From assembly GCA_964016885.1 (NCBI GenBank), contig OZ024760.1, positions 25,606,001 through 25,670,000 of the forward strand: a DNA stretch of 64,000 bases, read 5' to 3'. Origin of the DNA: Eledone cirrhosa. Its lineage: Eukaryota. Under the pieces are notes generated by a model. It searched no databases and was not told where the DNA came from. It saw nothing but the letters and a program-made list of their open reading frames with translations. Shown here piece by piece: positions 48,090 through 63,918 of the stretch (the stretch's first letter is position 1; every line of letters starts with the position of its first letter). The position numbers and the translations under genes are program-made.

Positions 48090-48646
48090 TCATGGTCGGG
48101 TCGTTGGCGACTAAACTGGCAACCCCACCAAGGTTTCCTGGTGAGGAGGGTGACTATGGACATTCTGCAGGAATAAAAACAAAACCTGTCAAAGGGCAAA
48201 GGAGCTCTTAAGAGTCAATGGCCATCCAAAATCACCGGGAGAGATGACCCCTTAGCCTTTGTCAAGGCAGAATTCTAGGAGAAGGAAAACTCTGATATAA
48301 CACCTGCAACCCTGATGGTATCCAATGATGTTGACTTGTTCTTCTTTTTGGTAAATATCATTTTGGTTAAGAGAGTGGGACTGGCTTTGTGCAGTGCCTT
48401 TGCTCACTATAAAAGCTTCACGGCACAGGCATTGCTTTATATCTGGAGATCTCTCTGCACTTGTCGTCACATGGTACCATGGGTCCAGCACTATGTGTCA
48501 ATAATTGTCACAGGTGTAGTGTTTGTACCAGAGTTTTCAAGTCGCTGGCTGGACTAAAAAGTCACACTCGTTCAGTGCATCGGTAGGGGTTCTCCTATAT
48601 GGATATAAAGTAGTGGCCGTACTCGAAAACGAGTTGGCAGCCATCA
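48090..48646 (+). mobile_element. Second, 5'-shorter copy of the bipartite RTE derivative
   Basis: Highly similar to 46928-47484. Confidence 0.8.
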
Positions 48647-48840
48647 TATATATATCTATGTATGAATATGTATATATATATATATATGTATGTATGTATG
48701 AATATGTATATATATATATATGTATGTATGTATGAATATGTATATATATATATGTATGTATGTATGTATGAATATGTATATATATATATGTATGTATGTA
48801 TGAATGTGTATATATGTATGAATGTGTATATATATATATG

Positions 48841-48895
<55 letters not shown>

Positions 48896-48898
<3 letters not shown>

Positions 48899-49625
48899 GG
48901 AGGTGAATTTTATTGTAGTACAATAAAGCAATGCAGATATCGGATAAGTAGCACTCTACAGTTTGTAGGACTGGAGTATAAATAATATATAAGATTAAAA
49001 GATGGTTAAAAGAGTTCCAAGTATTTTATTATGCGCATTTCAAAAACAAATATCATCATGCGAAGACATTTGCGTTTTCGTCAGATAAAATAGGGAGACA
49101 TGATATGAAGGTTAAAAAACACTTGTGAATAGTGCAGTTTTAAATCAACATATGAAAAGTAGTTTTAGATTTATGTGTGATATTGGGAAAATATCACATA
49201 TTATTAAACCCTTCAATATACAAACCTTAATTTAACATTATTCTAAAATTGTTCTCTTCGTTAATTTTCAAATTCTTTTAATTCATATATTTATCTTCCA
49301 ACGGTTTTTTAACCTCTCTATGTAAAACAATATACTTTTCTCAGTTATAAAAGCTATCTGTCTCTCTCTCTCTATCACCCATCTCTCCTCCTATCTCATC
49401 CTTCCTTATTATACCCCTCCCCATCCATTCTTTACTCTCATCTCCTCCTCTTTTTCATCCTTTCCACCCCCCACCCCTCAATTTTTTCCCAATATCACAC
49501 ATCAATCTAAAACTACTTTTCATATGTTGATTTAAAACTGAACTATTCGCAAGTGTTTTTTAACCTTCATATCATGTCTCCCTATTTTATCTGACGAAAA
49601 CGCAAATGTCTTCGCATGATGATAT
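48896..49625. mobile_element. 'tgcgca'-HHR family: inverted full pLTR-like arm, ~290-bp spacer, direct partial arm
   Basis: Minus HHR 49022-49092; 49486-49625 is the reverse complement of ~49050-49190. Confidence 0.8.
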
Positions 49626-49686
49626 ATATATATATATAATGTGTGTGTGTGTATATAAATATATATGTATAAAAATGTGTGTGTGT

Positions 49687-49755
<69 letters not shown>

Positions 49756-49781
49756 TGTATGTATATATATATATATGTATG

Positions 49782-49816
<35 letters not shown>

Positions 49817-50079
49817 GTGTATGTATGCATATATATGTGTATGTGTGTCTACCTAATTCATTCTCTACGAAACATGTAAACTTTGCCTTTCATCCTTACA
49901 AAGTCAATAAAATAAACTACCAGTAATGTACTGGTGTAATTGCTGGCCTTGTGCCAAAAGTAGAAACAAATAATATTAAATGTTTTGGTAGATGTTGTAT
50001 GTCTGGTGGGGTGGTGTAGAGGTGGGGGTGCTTTTGTCTTGTATTTGGTTTGGTAGCACGAACCAGTAACACGACGATA

Positions 50080-52310
50080 CGCATACACGCACATGCATAC
50101 ACACGCACGTACACATACAGACAGACATAAACACACACGTACACACATATACATGCATACACATATACACGCACACACGCGCGCGCACATACATGCATAC
50201 GTACACACGCACATACACAGACAGACATACAGACATACACACAAACACGCACGTACACACACATACATGCATACACATATACACGCACACACGCGCGCGC
50301 ACATACATGCATACGTACACACAAACACATACATGCATACGTACACCCGCACATACACATACGGACAGACAGACATACACGCAAACACGCACGTACACAC
50401 ACATACATACATACACATATACACGCACGCACGCGCGCGCACATACATGCATACGTACACACACACACATATATGCATACGTACACACATAAATGTACAC
50501 ATACACGCATATACACACACACATACACACACATACAGACATACACACACACACGCACACACGCATATGCATACACACGCACACACACACACACACGCAC
50601 ACACGCATATGCATACACACGCACATACACATACAGACACACAAACACGCACATACACAAACATACATGCATACACGCAAACACGCACACACATATACGT
50701 GCATACATACACACACATACATGCATACACAAATAAATGTACACATACACGCTTATACACACACACACACATACACACACATACACACACACACATACAG
50801 ACATACACTCACAGAACACACACGCGCGCGCACATGCATACACACGCACATACACATACATACGGACAGACATACACACGCACATACACACTCATACATA
50901 CACACATATACACATACACACACATAAACATACTCACACACACATAAACATACTCACACATAAACATACTCACACACACACACACACATACACACATAAA
51001 CACTCACACATAAACATACTCACACACACACATACAGATACTCACATGCATCTGAATATATATATATTTATACTCACGGATGAGCGCATCTTCCTCTCTT
51101 CCTCTCTTTCTCTCTTTCTCTCTTCCTCTCTTCTCTCTTCCTCTCTTCTCTCTTCCTCTCTTCCTCTCTTTTCTCTTCCTCTCTTTCTCTCTTCTCTCTT
51201 CTCCTTCCCTCTTTCTCTCTTTTTCTCTTTCTCTCTTTCTCGCTTTTCTCTCATCTCGCTTTTCTCTCTTCTCTCTTTTCTCTCTTTCTCTCTGCTCGCT
51301 TTTCTCTCTTCTCTCTTTCTCTCTTTCTCTTTTTCTCTCTTTCTCTCTTCCTCTCTTCTCTCTTCTCTCTTTCGCTATTCCTCTCTTCTCTCTTTCTCTC
51401 TTTCTCTCTTTCTCTCTTCTCTCTTCTCTCTTTCTCTACTCCTCTCTTTCTCTCTTCCTCTCTTTCTCTTTTCTCTTTCTCTATTCTCTCTTCCTCTCTT
51501 CCTCTCTTCCTCTCTTCCTCTCTTCTCTCTTCCTCTCTTCTCTCTTCTCTCTTCCTCTCTTCTCTCTTCCTCTCTTTCTCTCTTCTCTCTTCTCCTTCCC
51601 TCTTTCTCTCTTTTTCTCTTTCTCTCATTCTCGCTTTTCTCTCTTCTCTCTTTTCTCTCTTTCTCTCTGCTCGCTTTTCTCTCTTCTCTCTTTCTCTCTC
51701 TCTCTTTGTCTCTTCTCTCTTTCTCTATTCTCTCTCTTCTCGCTTCTCTTTCTCTCGCTTCTCTCTTTTTCTCTTTCTCTCGCTTCTCGCTTTCTCTCTT
51801 TCTCTCTTTCTCTCTTTCTCTCTTTCTCTCTTTCTCTCTTTCTCTCTTTCTCTTTTTCTCTCTTTCTCTCATCTCTCTCTCTTCTCTCTTCTCTCTTTCT
51901 CTTTTTCTCTCTCTTCTCACTTTTCTCTCTTCTCTCTTTTTCTCTTACTTTTCTCTCTTCTCTCTTTCTCTCTTTCTCTCTTTTCTCTCTTTTCTCTCTT
52001 CTCACTCTTCTCTCTTCTCTCTCTTCTCTCTTATCTCTTTCTCTCTCTTCTCTCTTCTCTCTTTCTTTCTCTCTCTCTTCTCTCTTTCTTTCTCTCTCTC
52101 TCTCTTTCTCTGTTCCTCTTCCTCTTTTCCCCTATTCCCTCCTTCCTCTCTTCTCTCTCCCTCCTCTCTTTCTCTCTTCTCTCCCTCCCCTCTCTCTCCC
52201 TCCCCTCTTTCTCTCTTTCTCTCTTCTCTGTTTCTCTGTTTCTCTCTTCTCTGTTTCTCTCTTTTCTCTTTCTCTCTTCCTCTATCTTTCTCTAACACTC
52301 ACTCTCTCTG
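50080..52310. repeat. Degenerate (CA)n tract, then (CT/CTT)n tract
   Basis: Low complexity. Confidence 0.92.
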
Positions 52311-53485
52311 TGAAGTATTTTTTTGGAATTTAATGCCTCTTCTGCAATCAATAAAAACACATGCACACTCCATTTGTGTGTATGTGTGTGTATGAGTGTG
52401 TATGATATGCTATTAACAGCGACGATAACAACAATCACAACAGTAACAACAACAACAAGCTGTGGGACTAAGAATCTTAGAGACCTTTTTTTGGTTAATA
52501 TATATATATTTTTTTTTTATTGAAAATACCGAAAATAAGAAAAAAAAAGGAAATAACGAAAATTCTTTGTACTTTTCTACTGGTAACTTTTCGCTAAAGT
52601 AAGATGGTATAGAATGGTATAGGATGGTGGGTGGTGGTAGGGGGTGATGAGGTGGATGTGTGAGGGTGTGGGGGGATGTGAGGTGGTAGGGTGGGTATGT
52701 GGTGGTGGTGGTGGTAGGGTGTGAGGTGAGGTGGGTGTGTGGGGGTGGGGTGTGCTATAAGGTGTCTTCTGTCGAAGATGTTCAGCTAATGCTGCTTTGT
52801 GATTTATTGGGAGTAGAAAAAAAAAGCTGTGCATGTTATTACATAAGTAGACTGGAATAACACAACTATATACACTACATACAAACACACACACACACCC
52901 AAACGTGTGTGTATATATATATATGTGTATATATATGTGTATATGTGTGTGTGTATGTGTGTGTGCATATATATATATATATATATCTGTCTGTATACAT
53001 ATGTGTATATATACATATGTATGTATATATTCTGACAAAGGGCAGAAGAACTCATAAGTCAACGACCATCCAAAAATGTACATGTGTGTGTGTATATATA
53101 TATGTGTATGTATATATGTGTATGTATATGCGCGGGGACATAGAAATAATTGGGCTGGATACCCGATCGCGTGGTTAAACCACTGGGAGTGAAGGACCCC
53201 TAGCTTTTGTCAGGGCATACATCTAGGACACACACCTACATCTGATGTAAGAGTCTACTAAGAAATGTTTTATAAGTAAGATGGGTCCTCCGTCTGTTTC
53301 GACGATGAATATTCAGTCATTCGATTAGATGAAAACCCAACATACATTTGGGGCTACTTTGATTTGTTCCCTTTATCTTTCTGTTATATGACAACAGCAG
53401 CTTCTAAAAGGTTGTCACCCTTCCAGGCCCCATATTGGTATTTAGAGAGAGTTGAGGGTTTGGTTTTACGGTGTGTGTGTGTGAG

Positions 53486-53681
53486 ACAGCTCACACCTAT
53501 GCAGGTTTAGCTGGCCTCCTCCAATGTATATCTCGTTGGAGGTGTCTTGGGTGATTTAATGATAGGGACCACAATCCTATCCTCTCATTTCTACAGCTGA
53601 GTAAACTGGAGCAACGTGAAATAAAGTGTTTTGCTCAAGGAAACAATACATCATCGGGTCCGAGAATTGAACTCACAACCA
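53486..53681 (-). mobile_element. 5'-truncated SINE family 2, tail B
   Basis: Matches 29700-29896. Confidence 0.85.
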
Positions 53682-53737
53682 TGCCCCTAAGGAGTATGAG
53701 AATACAACACATAACTATTGATATAGCAGGAAGAGGG

Positions 53738-53773
53738 TATTAACGTTTCGGACGCTACTCCTTCATCAGAAGA
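53738..53773 (-). ncRNA. Minimal type I HHR motif of Penelope type; degenerate sister copy 63002-63036
   Basis: Reverse complement: tctt-CTGATGA-aggagtagcgtcc-GAAACGTT-aata. Confidence 0.65.
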
Positions 53774-54189
53774 AAGAATGAGAAATAAAATAGATTGAAG
53801 GGACGGGCGGGTTGGAATTGGAAAAAATGTCTGTATATGTATATATATATATGTATACATATATATATGTATACACAGACATATATATATATATATGAGA
53901 GAGCAAGAGAGACAGGAAAAGATAGACCATGTATGTATGTGTGTGTATATATATATATATATGGGGCAGTAAGGAGGATTGTGTGTTGTTTGTGTATATA
54001 TATAGAAAAAAGTATGACCCCAAGGGCAGAGCTCAAGCCGTTTCTGGACTCCAGAAATAGCCGTCGAAAAGGCTTGAGCTCTGCCGTCGGGGTCATACTT
54101 TTTCCTATTACCCACTCTACCACCCTAAGTATTGAGTACTCTGGTGCGTTATGGTCCATCTGGTTCCTTACCACAACTCCTTCGTTTTC

Positions 54190-54270
54190 TTTTATATATA
54201 CACACATGTATATGTATATATATATATATATATATACATTTGTGTATATATATATATATATATATACATT

Positions 54271-54307
<37 letters not shown>

Positions 54308-54511
54308 TTGTGTATATATATATATATACATTTGTGTATATATATATATATATATATACATTTGTGTATATATATATATATATATACATTTGTGTATATA
54401 TATATACATACATGTGTGTGTATATATATATATATATATAAATATGTGTAATATACATATATATAAATATGCAAGTTTTAAAATATCTGAATATATCTGT
54501 TGTATGTTTGA

Positions 54512-54544
<33 letters not shown>

Positions 54545-54953
54545 ACAATGTGCATGTGGGTGTGTAGAGAGAGGAGAGGAGAGGGGAAGAGTGTGGGTGA
54601 GGTGTTTAAGAGTGAATCAATGAAATGTGTGCCTGTGTAATGTGTGGGAGCGTGAAATCTGTGCAGTGTTTTGAGCAATATCATATCCAACGAATGACAT
54701 GAAATGCAGCTAGGAAGCCGTCTGACGCCAAACATTACGCCTTGTACTTCTTTGTTGGTTTCGTTGGTGGCGCACACACATACACACATGGACACACACA
54801 CACACACACCAACACACACACACACAGCCACACAGACACACACATACACACACACGCACACACAGACACACACAGCCACACATACACACACACACATACA
54901 CACACACGCACACACAGCCACACAGACACACACAAACACACACAGCCACACAG

Positions 54954-54995
<42 letters not shown>

Positions 54996-55115
54996 CCACA
55001 CACATACACACACACGCACACACAGACACACACAGCCACACATACACACACACACACATACACACACACGCACACACAGCCACACAGACACACACAAACA
55101 CACACAGCCACACAG

Positions 55116-55171
<56 letters not shown>

Positions 55172-56336
55172 CCACACACATACAAACACATATATAAATA
55201 CACACACTTGGAAACATACACACGCACATACACACGGAAACACATATAAATACACATAGAAACAGATATAAATACACACACATAGAAACATACACACACA
55301 CACATACACACAGAAACACATATAAATACACATAGAAACAGATATAAATACACACACATAGAAACATACACACACACATACACACACAGACACATACATA
55401 CATACACACACACACATACACACACAGACACATACAGACACATACACATAAATACACACATACATACATATATAGATAAACACACACACATATACACGCA
55501 CACATATACAAACATACAAACACACACACACACAAATACACACACACAGCCTTATTAAAATGAATAATACATACATACATACACACATACATACAAACAC
55601 ATACATACAAACACATACATACAAACACATACATACACGCACAAACATACAAACACATACACACATATACACATACACACACATACATACACACACCCAT
55701 ACACACATACACCCACACACATACACTCCCACACACACACATACCCCCCTCCCCCGCATACACACACACACTCCCATACACACCCATATACACACACACT
55801 CCCACATAGACACATATCCCCCCCATCCTATACTATTCCATATATTGCTTTATTTATGTTTTTCTATTGTGTTTCTCTCAAGTTTTTCTCATTTTTGCTG
55901 TTTTATTTTTTTGTATTTTGGTTTTTATTTTTATTTTTATTAATTTGTTCTTCTTTCTTCCTTTCTTTCTCTTCTTTTCTTCTTCTTTTTCTTTCTCCCT
56001 CCCAACCTTTCTTCTTTCCTTCCGCTCTCCCTCCCTTCCTTCGTTTCTTTCGTCGTTCCTTCCTTTCTTTCTTTCTTCCTTTCTTCCTTCCATTCTTCCT
56101 TCCTTTCTCCATCCCATCACGCCCCCTTCCCCTCCCTCCCTATACCCATCCTTTCTTCTTTCCTTCCACTCTCTCTCCCTTCCTTCCTTTATTCCTCCAC
56201 CCACTCCCCCACCCCCTCTCCTATTTTACAGTTGTTTTCTTTAAAACAATTGCTGGTAATTATTACAGATTTGAAAGAAAAAATAACAATTACCCATAAT
56301 ACTTATTAATGTTTTCTTTGCTATTTATCATTGATG

Positions 56337-56375
<39 letters not shown>

Positions 56376-56472
56376 TTGTGCGGGTGTGTGTGTGTGTGCA
56401 TGTGTGTGTGTTTATGTGGTCAGGGGTAGGTTGATGTTAGGTTATTTTATGGACATGCTTACGTACATTTGA

Positions 56473-56526
<54 letters not shown>

Positions 56527-56872
56527 TATCTATTTCAATCTGTCGATTTATTGATCTCAAACAAATATATATATATATATATATTTCTATACTTTCATTT
56601 ATATATATATATAAAGAGAGAGAAAGATAGATAGATAGATAGATAAGTACATATTTACAGATAACATTGTGTTCACATATTATATATTTCTTTGTTATGC
56701 ATAGCATATATATATATATATATATATTCTGATTCCGATAAATATATATTTATATCTGGAAAAGAAAGAAATGAAATCTCATTTCTCACTCTTAGTACGG
56801 CTGATACATACATATATTTATATCTATTTTCGAACAATTATTGATATACATACATATATATATATTTATTCA

Positions 56873-56910
<38 letters not shown>

Positions 56911-57101
56911 TTCATATATATATATATATATTCATTCATATATATATATATATATAAATATATATATATTTATTCATTTTTTATATATATTCATTCATAT
57001 ATATATATATTCATTCATATATATATATATATTCATTAATATATATATATATATTCATTAATATATATATATATATATTCATTAATATATATATATATTC
57101 A

Positions 57102-57135
<34 letters not shown>

Positions 57136-57301
57136 TTCATATATATATATATTCATTCATATATATATATTCATTCATATATATATATATATGAATGAAT
57201 ATATATATATATTCATTAATATATATATATATATATTCATTCATATATATATATATATGAATGAATATATATATATATTCATTAATATATATATATATTC
57301 A

Positions 57302-57335
<34 letters not shown>

Positions 57336-58040
57336 TTAATATATATATATATATTCATTAATATATATATATATATTCATTCATATATATATATATATTC
57401 ATTCATATATATATATATATTCATTCATATATATATATATTCATTCATATATATATATATATATTCATTCATATATATATATATATATTCATTCATATAT
57501 ATATATATTCCTTAATATATATTCATTCATATATATATATATATATTCATTAATATATGTATATATTCATTAATATATGTATATATTCATTCATATATAT
57601 ATGTATATATTCATTCATATATATATATATATATTCTTTCATATATATATATATATTCTTTCATATATATATATTTATTCATTCATATATATATTTATTC
57701 ATTCATATATATTTATTCATTCATATATATATTTATTCATTCATATATATATATTCATTCATATATATATATATAAATTCATTCATATATATATATCTAT
57801 CCATTCATATATATATATATATCTATTCATTCATATATATATATATTTATTCATTCATATATATATATTTGTTCATTCATGTATATATATTTATTCATTC
57901 ATGTATATATATTTATTCATTCATATATATATATATATATATATTTATTCATTCATATATACATATATATATATAAATAGAAGTTTATTAAAATCGAAGA
58001 CATATATATATATATAAATGGAAGTTTAGTAAAATCGAAG

Positions 58041-58102
<62 letters not shown>

Positions 58103-58110
58103 GTGTGTGT
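54190..58110. repeat. Series of (TA), (CA), pyrimidine-rich and (ATTC/TA) low-complexity tracts
   Basis: Simple repeats with short unique spacers. Confidence 0.85.
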
Positions 58111-58742
58111 GTGTGGAAGAGGAGAATGGTTATAAGTACAGCCTGTGTGTACTGTGTTAACATTTTGAACACCATACTAACTATCGCTGAAGAATATACA
58201 TAGATATCTTGAGCAATTACAGATTGCAAATTGCAAATCTCAATTGTCATGCATAAGTAAACAGTATTTGTAATATTCTCCAAATTGCATAAATTGCAAA
58301 ATAAGAGGCCCGATTTTATCTTATGTATAAATTTTAAAAATATAAGCACCGGACAATTTTCTTTTCTTAATTCCCTCATTCCTCAGTTTTGTTCCTAGCT
58401 TCTCTTATATATATATATTGTTCCGTGATGTTAGCGTACAACGAACCTCTTTCTTGTACTCCAATTGCATTAGTATTACATAAAAGAATAAATAGTTTTC
58501 TTTTTTCAACAATGAATGAAATGGGGCCACTTAGTTCTTCCTGAAATTTGTGATCCACGGAAGGAAGTATTTATTTTCTTCCTGCTTAAAAGAATGTGAC
58601 ATATTATAACTGCTCCTCTACTGCTAAATGTGATTAAATTTAGCTCAAGGAAACCAAATACTTCTTTGGGACTTGATACGAGGTTTATTTTTACTATCGT
58701 CAACTCGTTTAGTTGCTGAACCCTGTGTGTGTGTGTGTGTGA

Positions 58743-58776
<34 letters not shown>

Positions 58777-58784
<8 letters not shown>

Positions 58785-58922
58785 AAGGCTTCTACTGGAT
58801 TAGAACTGTTTGATTCGGAAGAAATGAAACAGTTCTAGTCCTGTAAAAGCCTTTCTATATTAAATATTTATACTCTGCTTTGTATTGAGTACCTTACTTA
58901 CCGATTCACCCCGGGATAAACT
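58777..58922. mobile_element. Short fold-back island with 3' actc..ttgagtacct motif
   Basis: taatatagaaaggctt..ctgtttg / gaaacag..aagcctttctatatta palindrome; (TA)n on both sides. Confidence 0.6.
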
Positions 58923-58930
58923 TATATATG

Positions 58931-59009
<79 letters not shown>

Positions 59010-59221
59010 TTGTGTGTGTATTTGAGTGTATATGTGTGTGTGGGAGGTTGAATATCCAGAAAGTGTCTAAGTTAAATAGTTTTCTCTCGAGATAATGTAA
59101 TTGAAATCTATATGCATAAATCTCCTTTCTATTTGCTTAGAGAGTGATCAAGGGAGATAATTTTGTAAACTTCAACTCATATTTTTTTAAGCATGGCAAA
59201 TTTTAAATGATTTCAACTCAC

Positions 59222-59393
59222 CACCATAGGCGCTTAGCTAACCAGCCGCAGATGTGAGCCTCGCGAACTGGAATGGCTTTTCCAGCACGTCTTCCTTGCC
59301 GTCCACCGGGGAGACGCCTTCTCCATTCTGCCCGTCGGGGCTGTGGGGAGGCCATCAATATGATTGACTGACTTGTCATTTTATAGCCCCTAC
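59222..59393 (-). CDS. Probable host-gene exon (MTSQSIILMASPQPRRAEWRRRLPGGRQGRRAGKAIPVREAHICGWLAKRLW)
   Basis: GC-rich unique island; acceptor ttttgctctag|G; consensus donor GTG|gtgagt; only one frame open throughout. Confidence 0.5.
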
Positions 59394-59972
59394 CTAGAGC
59401 AAAATTAATTTTCAACTGTCAGATTGGTCTCACGTTTGGCTAATTTTAATTTTCTCTAGACGGAAACATGTCTGAAAGTTTTGCAGGAAACTACCAAAGT
59501 CCCTGTGCGTTTATAATAGTGTCATAACCTCAATCTTTAGATTCTTCCAATATCCACTCCCATTGACCCAACTACCAGTTTTCTATAATGCCCTCTCGTT
59601 GTCCTAAATTTTCAGGGTTTCTATATTGTCTTATCCCAGTCTGGATTATATACCATTGTGTATGTATGTATGTGTGTCTATGTGTATATATATATATATG
59701 TGTATGTTTTTATATGCATGTATGTACGTGTATATGTGTGTATATGCGTGTATATGTATGTATATATGTGTGTGTATGTGTATATATATATATATATATA
59801 TGTGTGTTTTTATATGCATGTATGTACGTGTATATGTGTGTATATGCGTGTATATGTATGTATATATGTGTGTGTATGTGTATATATATATATATATATA
59901 TATGTGTTTTTATATGTACGTGCATATGTGTGTATATGCGTGTATATGTATGTATATATGTGTGTGTATGTG

Positions 59973-60023
<51 letters not shown>

Positions 60024-60559
60024 ATGCATGTATGTACGTGTATATGTGTGTGTATTATGTATGTGTGTATATGCGTGTATATGTATGTGTGTGTATGTGT
60101 ATATATATGTGTGTTTTTATATGCATGTATGTACGTGTATATGTGTGTGTATTATGTATGTGTGTATATGCGTGTATATGTATGTATGTATGTGTGCGTA
60201 TGTGTATATATATGTATGTTTATATATACATGTGTGTATGTACGTGTATATGTATGTGTATTATATATGCATGTATATGTATGTGTGTGTATGTCTGTAT
60301 GTATGTATATGTGTGTGTGTGTCTTTTTTTCTGTTTGCTGCGCCGTTCTTATTTTAAACCAATTTAAATTAATTAGACCACAACTCTTGACTTACTCAGC
60401 AATGGCAGAGAAAACGAAAAACATTAAAATATAGTTTAAAATAAAATACAAATAAAATATAATAAAAATACAATAAAATAAAAATACATAAATAAAATTA
60501 TATAAATAAATTAAATATACAATATAAACTATTGAAATGAAAATATATATGAAAAATAA

Positions 60560-60790
60560 TCGGTTCTACTTTTGGCACAAGTCCAGCAATTATTCCAGTT
60601 TATAACTGGTACTTAGTTTTATCGACCCCGTAAATATGAAATGCCAAACTAACCTCGGCGGGATTTGAACTCAGAACACAAATGGCCATATCTATATACT
60701 ACAAAACATGTTGGTTAACGCTTGAATGATGAAAGGTAAAGTTAACCTGGGCGGGATTTGAACTCATACCGACTTTTTACCGATTCTGCC
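60560..60790 (-). mobile_element. SINE family 1, rearranged
   Basis: Tail and central domain, with B-box region duplicated. Confidence 0.75.
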
Positions 60791-61582
60791 ATTCCAAATG
60801 ATAAATAAATATATAAATAGGCACACACACATGCACGCATGCACGCACGCACGCGCGCACATAAGGCATGCGCAAACCAAATACACACCACATAACACAA
60901 AAACAATATGGTGTAGGACAGGACTAAGGGGGTGGGGGGTCACAAATTAACATTCATTCACTGAGGAGGTCACAGAATGTATGACGAAAGATCTTGGACA
61001 ATAAATAAACAGCCATCCGGTTATTGAACCAGCCAACCGGAAATTTATAATAATTTGAAGTAAAACCAACAGGTGCGCGTGTTTTTATTGGCAGCATGAC
61101 CCTCCCAAAGTATAACTACACATATATCTCACGTCGAACTTTCTTACCCTTTTTCCCATATAAAGCATGAAACTAATAAGACTTTTTGTGCCTTTATTTT
61201 GCACAGATACACACACTTACACATACACATACACACAGACACACACATATGTATTTTGATAATTTGGCTGGTGATAACAGTATTTAAAATTGAATGACAA
61301 TGCAGCACCGCAGATAGCGATCTTTAGACACGTCGAGCCAATGAAACATGTGTTAATACTTGGAATAAACCCTATTGTACAGCTGATCCCTGTTATTCTT
61401 TAGCCCTTTATTAATACTTCAGGAACAGCTTACCTAGGAACTGTCTGGAATCGGCCACTCCAACACCAAAACTAGGTAAACATATTGTTGAGTCAAACAA
61501 CAGTTAATGTTAGACTCAACCACTGTACAGATTACTCAGAAGCTCTAATTGGATTGCCTTAAACGATACCTCGTTAACTTAA

Positions 61583-61614
61583 ATATATATATATATATAT
61601 ATATATATTATGTA

Positions 61615-61665
<51 letters not shown>

Positions 61666-62003
61666 ATTATATATTTATGTATATATATTATATATATATA
61701 TTATATATTTATATTATATATAAATATTATATATATATTATATATAAATATTATATATATATTATATATATATTATATATAAATATTATATATATATATT
61801 ATATATAAATATTATATATAAATATTATATATATATATTATATATAAATATTATATATATATATTATATATAAATATTATATATATATATTATATATATA
61901 TTATATTATAATATATATATTATATATATATATTATATTTATAATATATATATTATATATATATATTATATATATAATATATATATATTATATATATATT
62001 ATA
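61583..62003. repeat. Almost pure A/T (TA/TTA) tract
   Basis: Virtually no G/C over ~420 bp. Confidence 0.92.
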
Positions 62004-62104
62004 TTACCTTTGGTAAATGGAATAACTGTCTTATGTTGTTTATTACATAACTAAATAGCTCTCTAGCCTACTTAGAACATTCTTTACTTTACCTTTCCGA
62101 CGGA

Positions 62105-62158
<54 letters not shown>

Positions 62159-62307
62159 TATACTAAAGAACACAATATAATTATTCCATTACCCACGGTT
62201 TCACGAAGTCAGACGATTCTAACAGGAGCGTCTCAAGTCGTTCCTCAGATAGAAATCTTTATTTTGGATACCTCTATCTGCTGAACAACTTCAGACTCCT
62301 CTCTCTC

Positions 62308-62378
<71 letters not shown>

Positions 62379-63157
62379 CTCTTTCTCTCTATCTTTCTCT
62401 CTATCTTTCTCTCTATATATATATACATACATATACACGTGTGTAAATGAACGGAAAATATGAAAATCATGACATACGAACACAACATAATAAACTTTAA
62501 AAAAAACAATAAAACATCACCAACGGCAACAACAAAGACAGCAACATTAATAGTAACAACAACAACAACAACTGACAGCAGAAGGAGAATTAAACAACAT
62601 GGGAGGAAAACAAAAAACTGAAATTAAAAAAAATATACTTAAATCAATAGAAAAATATATTAAAATAAAATCAGAAATAAATCTAAAAAGAAAATATGAA
62701 ATACTAAAAAAAATTAAACAAATAATTAAAAAAAGAAATTAGTGTAATTGTAAATAAACAAATAATATTGGATTGGTTGGATTTAATATGAAATGATGTG
62801 AATGAAACAACACTATGGCTTAATAAGTGTTATGGAGTATAAAGTGATCTAGAAATATATCAAGCGTTTATGTTCTGTTATATAATGTGTGTGTTTGTGT
62901 GTGTGTGCGTGTATGTAAAAGGTAAACAGAAATAACAACACAATCGGTACAGTATATGGAAGAGATATATTAGGTTAACGCTTGAAATAGCAGGAAGAGG
63001 GTCTTAACGGTTTGGACACTAGTCCTTCATCAGAAGAAAGAAAGAGAAATTAGGAAGATTGAAAGGGCGTGCGAGTCCATTCATGTTGCCATCGTTTGGA
63101 AAACTTTTGATGTTGCCATTTTGTGTATGATATATATATATATATATATATATATAC

Positions 63158-63450
63158 TCTTTTATCTGTTCCAGTCATCCGACTGAGGCCACGCTGGGGC
63201 ACCGCCCTTGTTGCTACATATTCTTTCTCCAGCCTGTGTTGGTTGGCCATTGGTCCAAGACGGAGTTCGTTGCTGCTGCCCTTGGGTTTCCTTCGTACCG
63301 TGCTGTGGGCTCATCCGGGATCCTGGATAGCAGAGTGACGAGATGTTTCTTGAAAACCTCCACGTCTACAGCATGCAGATCTCTCAGATACCTCGGCAGC
63401 TTGTTGAAGAGTTGAGGGCCTTTGAAACCCAGGCTATCGGAATATCTGCT

Positions 63451-63452
<2 letters not shown>
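63158..63452 (-). mobile_element. 3' end of a CR1/L2-group LINE (ORF2 C-terminus and 3' UTR)
   Basis: SLGFKGPQLFNKLPRYLRDL...FKKHLVTLLSRIPDEP...AATNS; tail ggcggtgccccagcgtggcc..gactggaacagataaaag. Confidence 0.75.
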
Positions 63453-63497
<45 letters not shown>

Positions 63498-63506
<9 letters not shown>

Positions 63507-63918
63507 AGATCAAAAGATGGTTAAAGGAGTTCAATATATTTTATTATGCGCATTTCAAAAACAAACATCATCAAACAATAATATTTGTGTTTTCATCAGA
63601 TAAAACAGGAGAACATGATATGAAGGCTAAAAAAACACTTGTTGATAGTGCAGTTTTAAATCAACATATGTTGATTTAAAACTGCACTATCAACAAGTGT
63701 TTTTTAGCCTTCATATCATGTTCTCCTGTTTTATCTGATGAAAACACAAATATTATTGTTTGATGATGTTTGTTTTTGAAATGCGCATAATAAAATATAT
63801 TGAACTCCTTTAACCATCTTTTGATCTTATATTATGCATACTCCAGTCCCACATACTGTAGAGTGCTTCTTATCCGATATCTGCATTGCTTTATTGTACT
63901 ACAATAAAACTCACCTCC

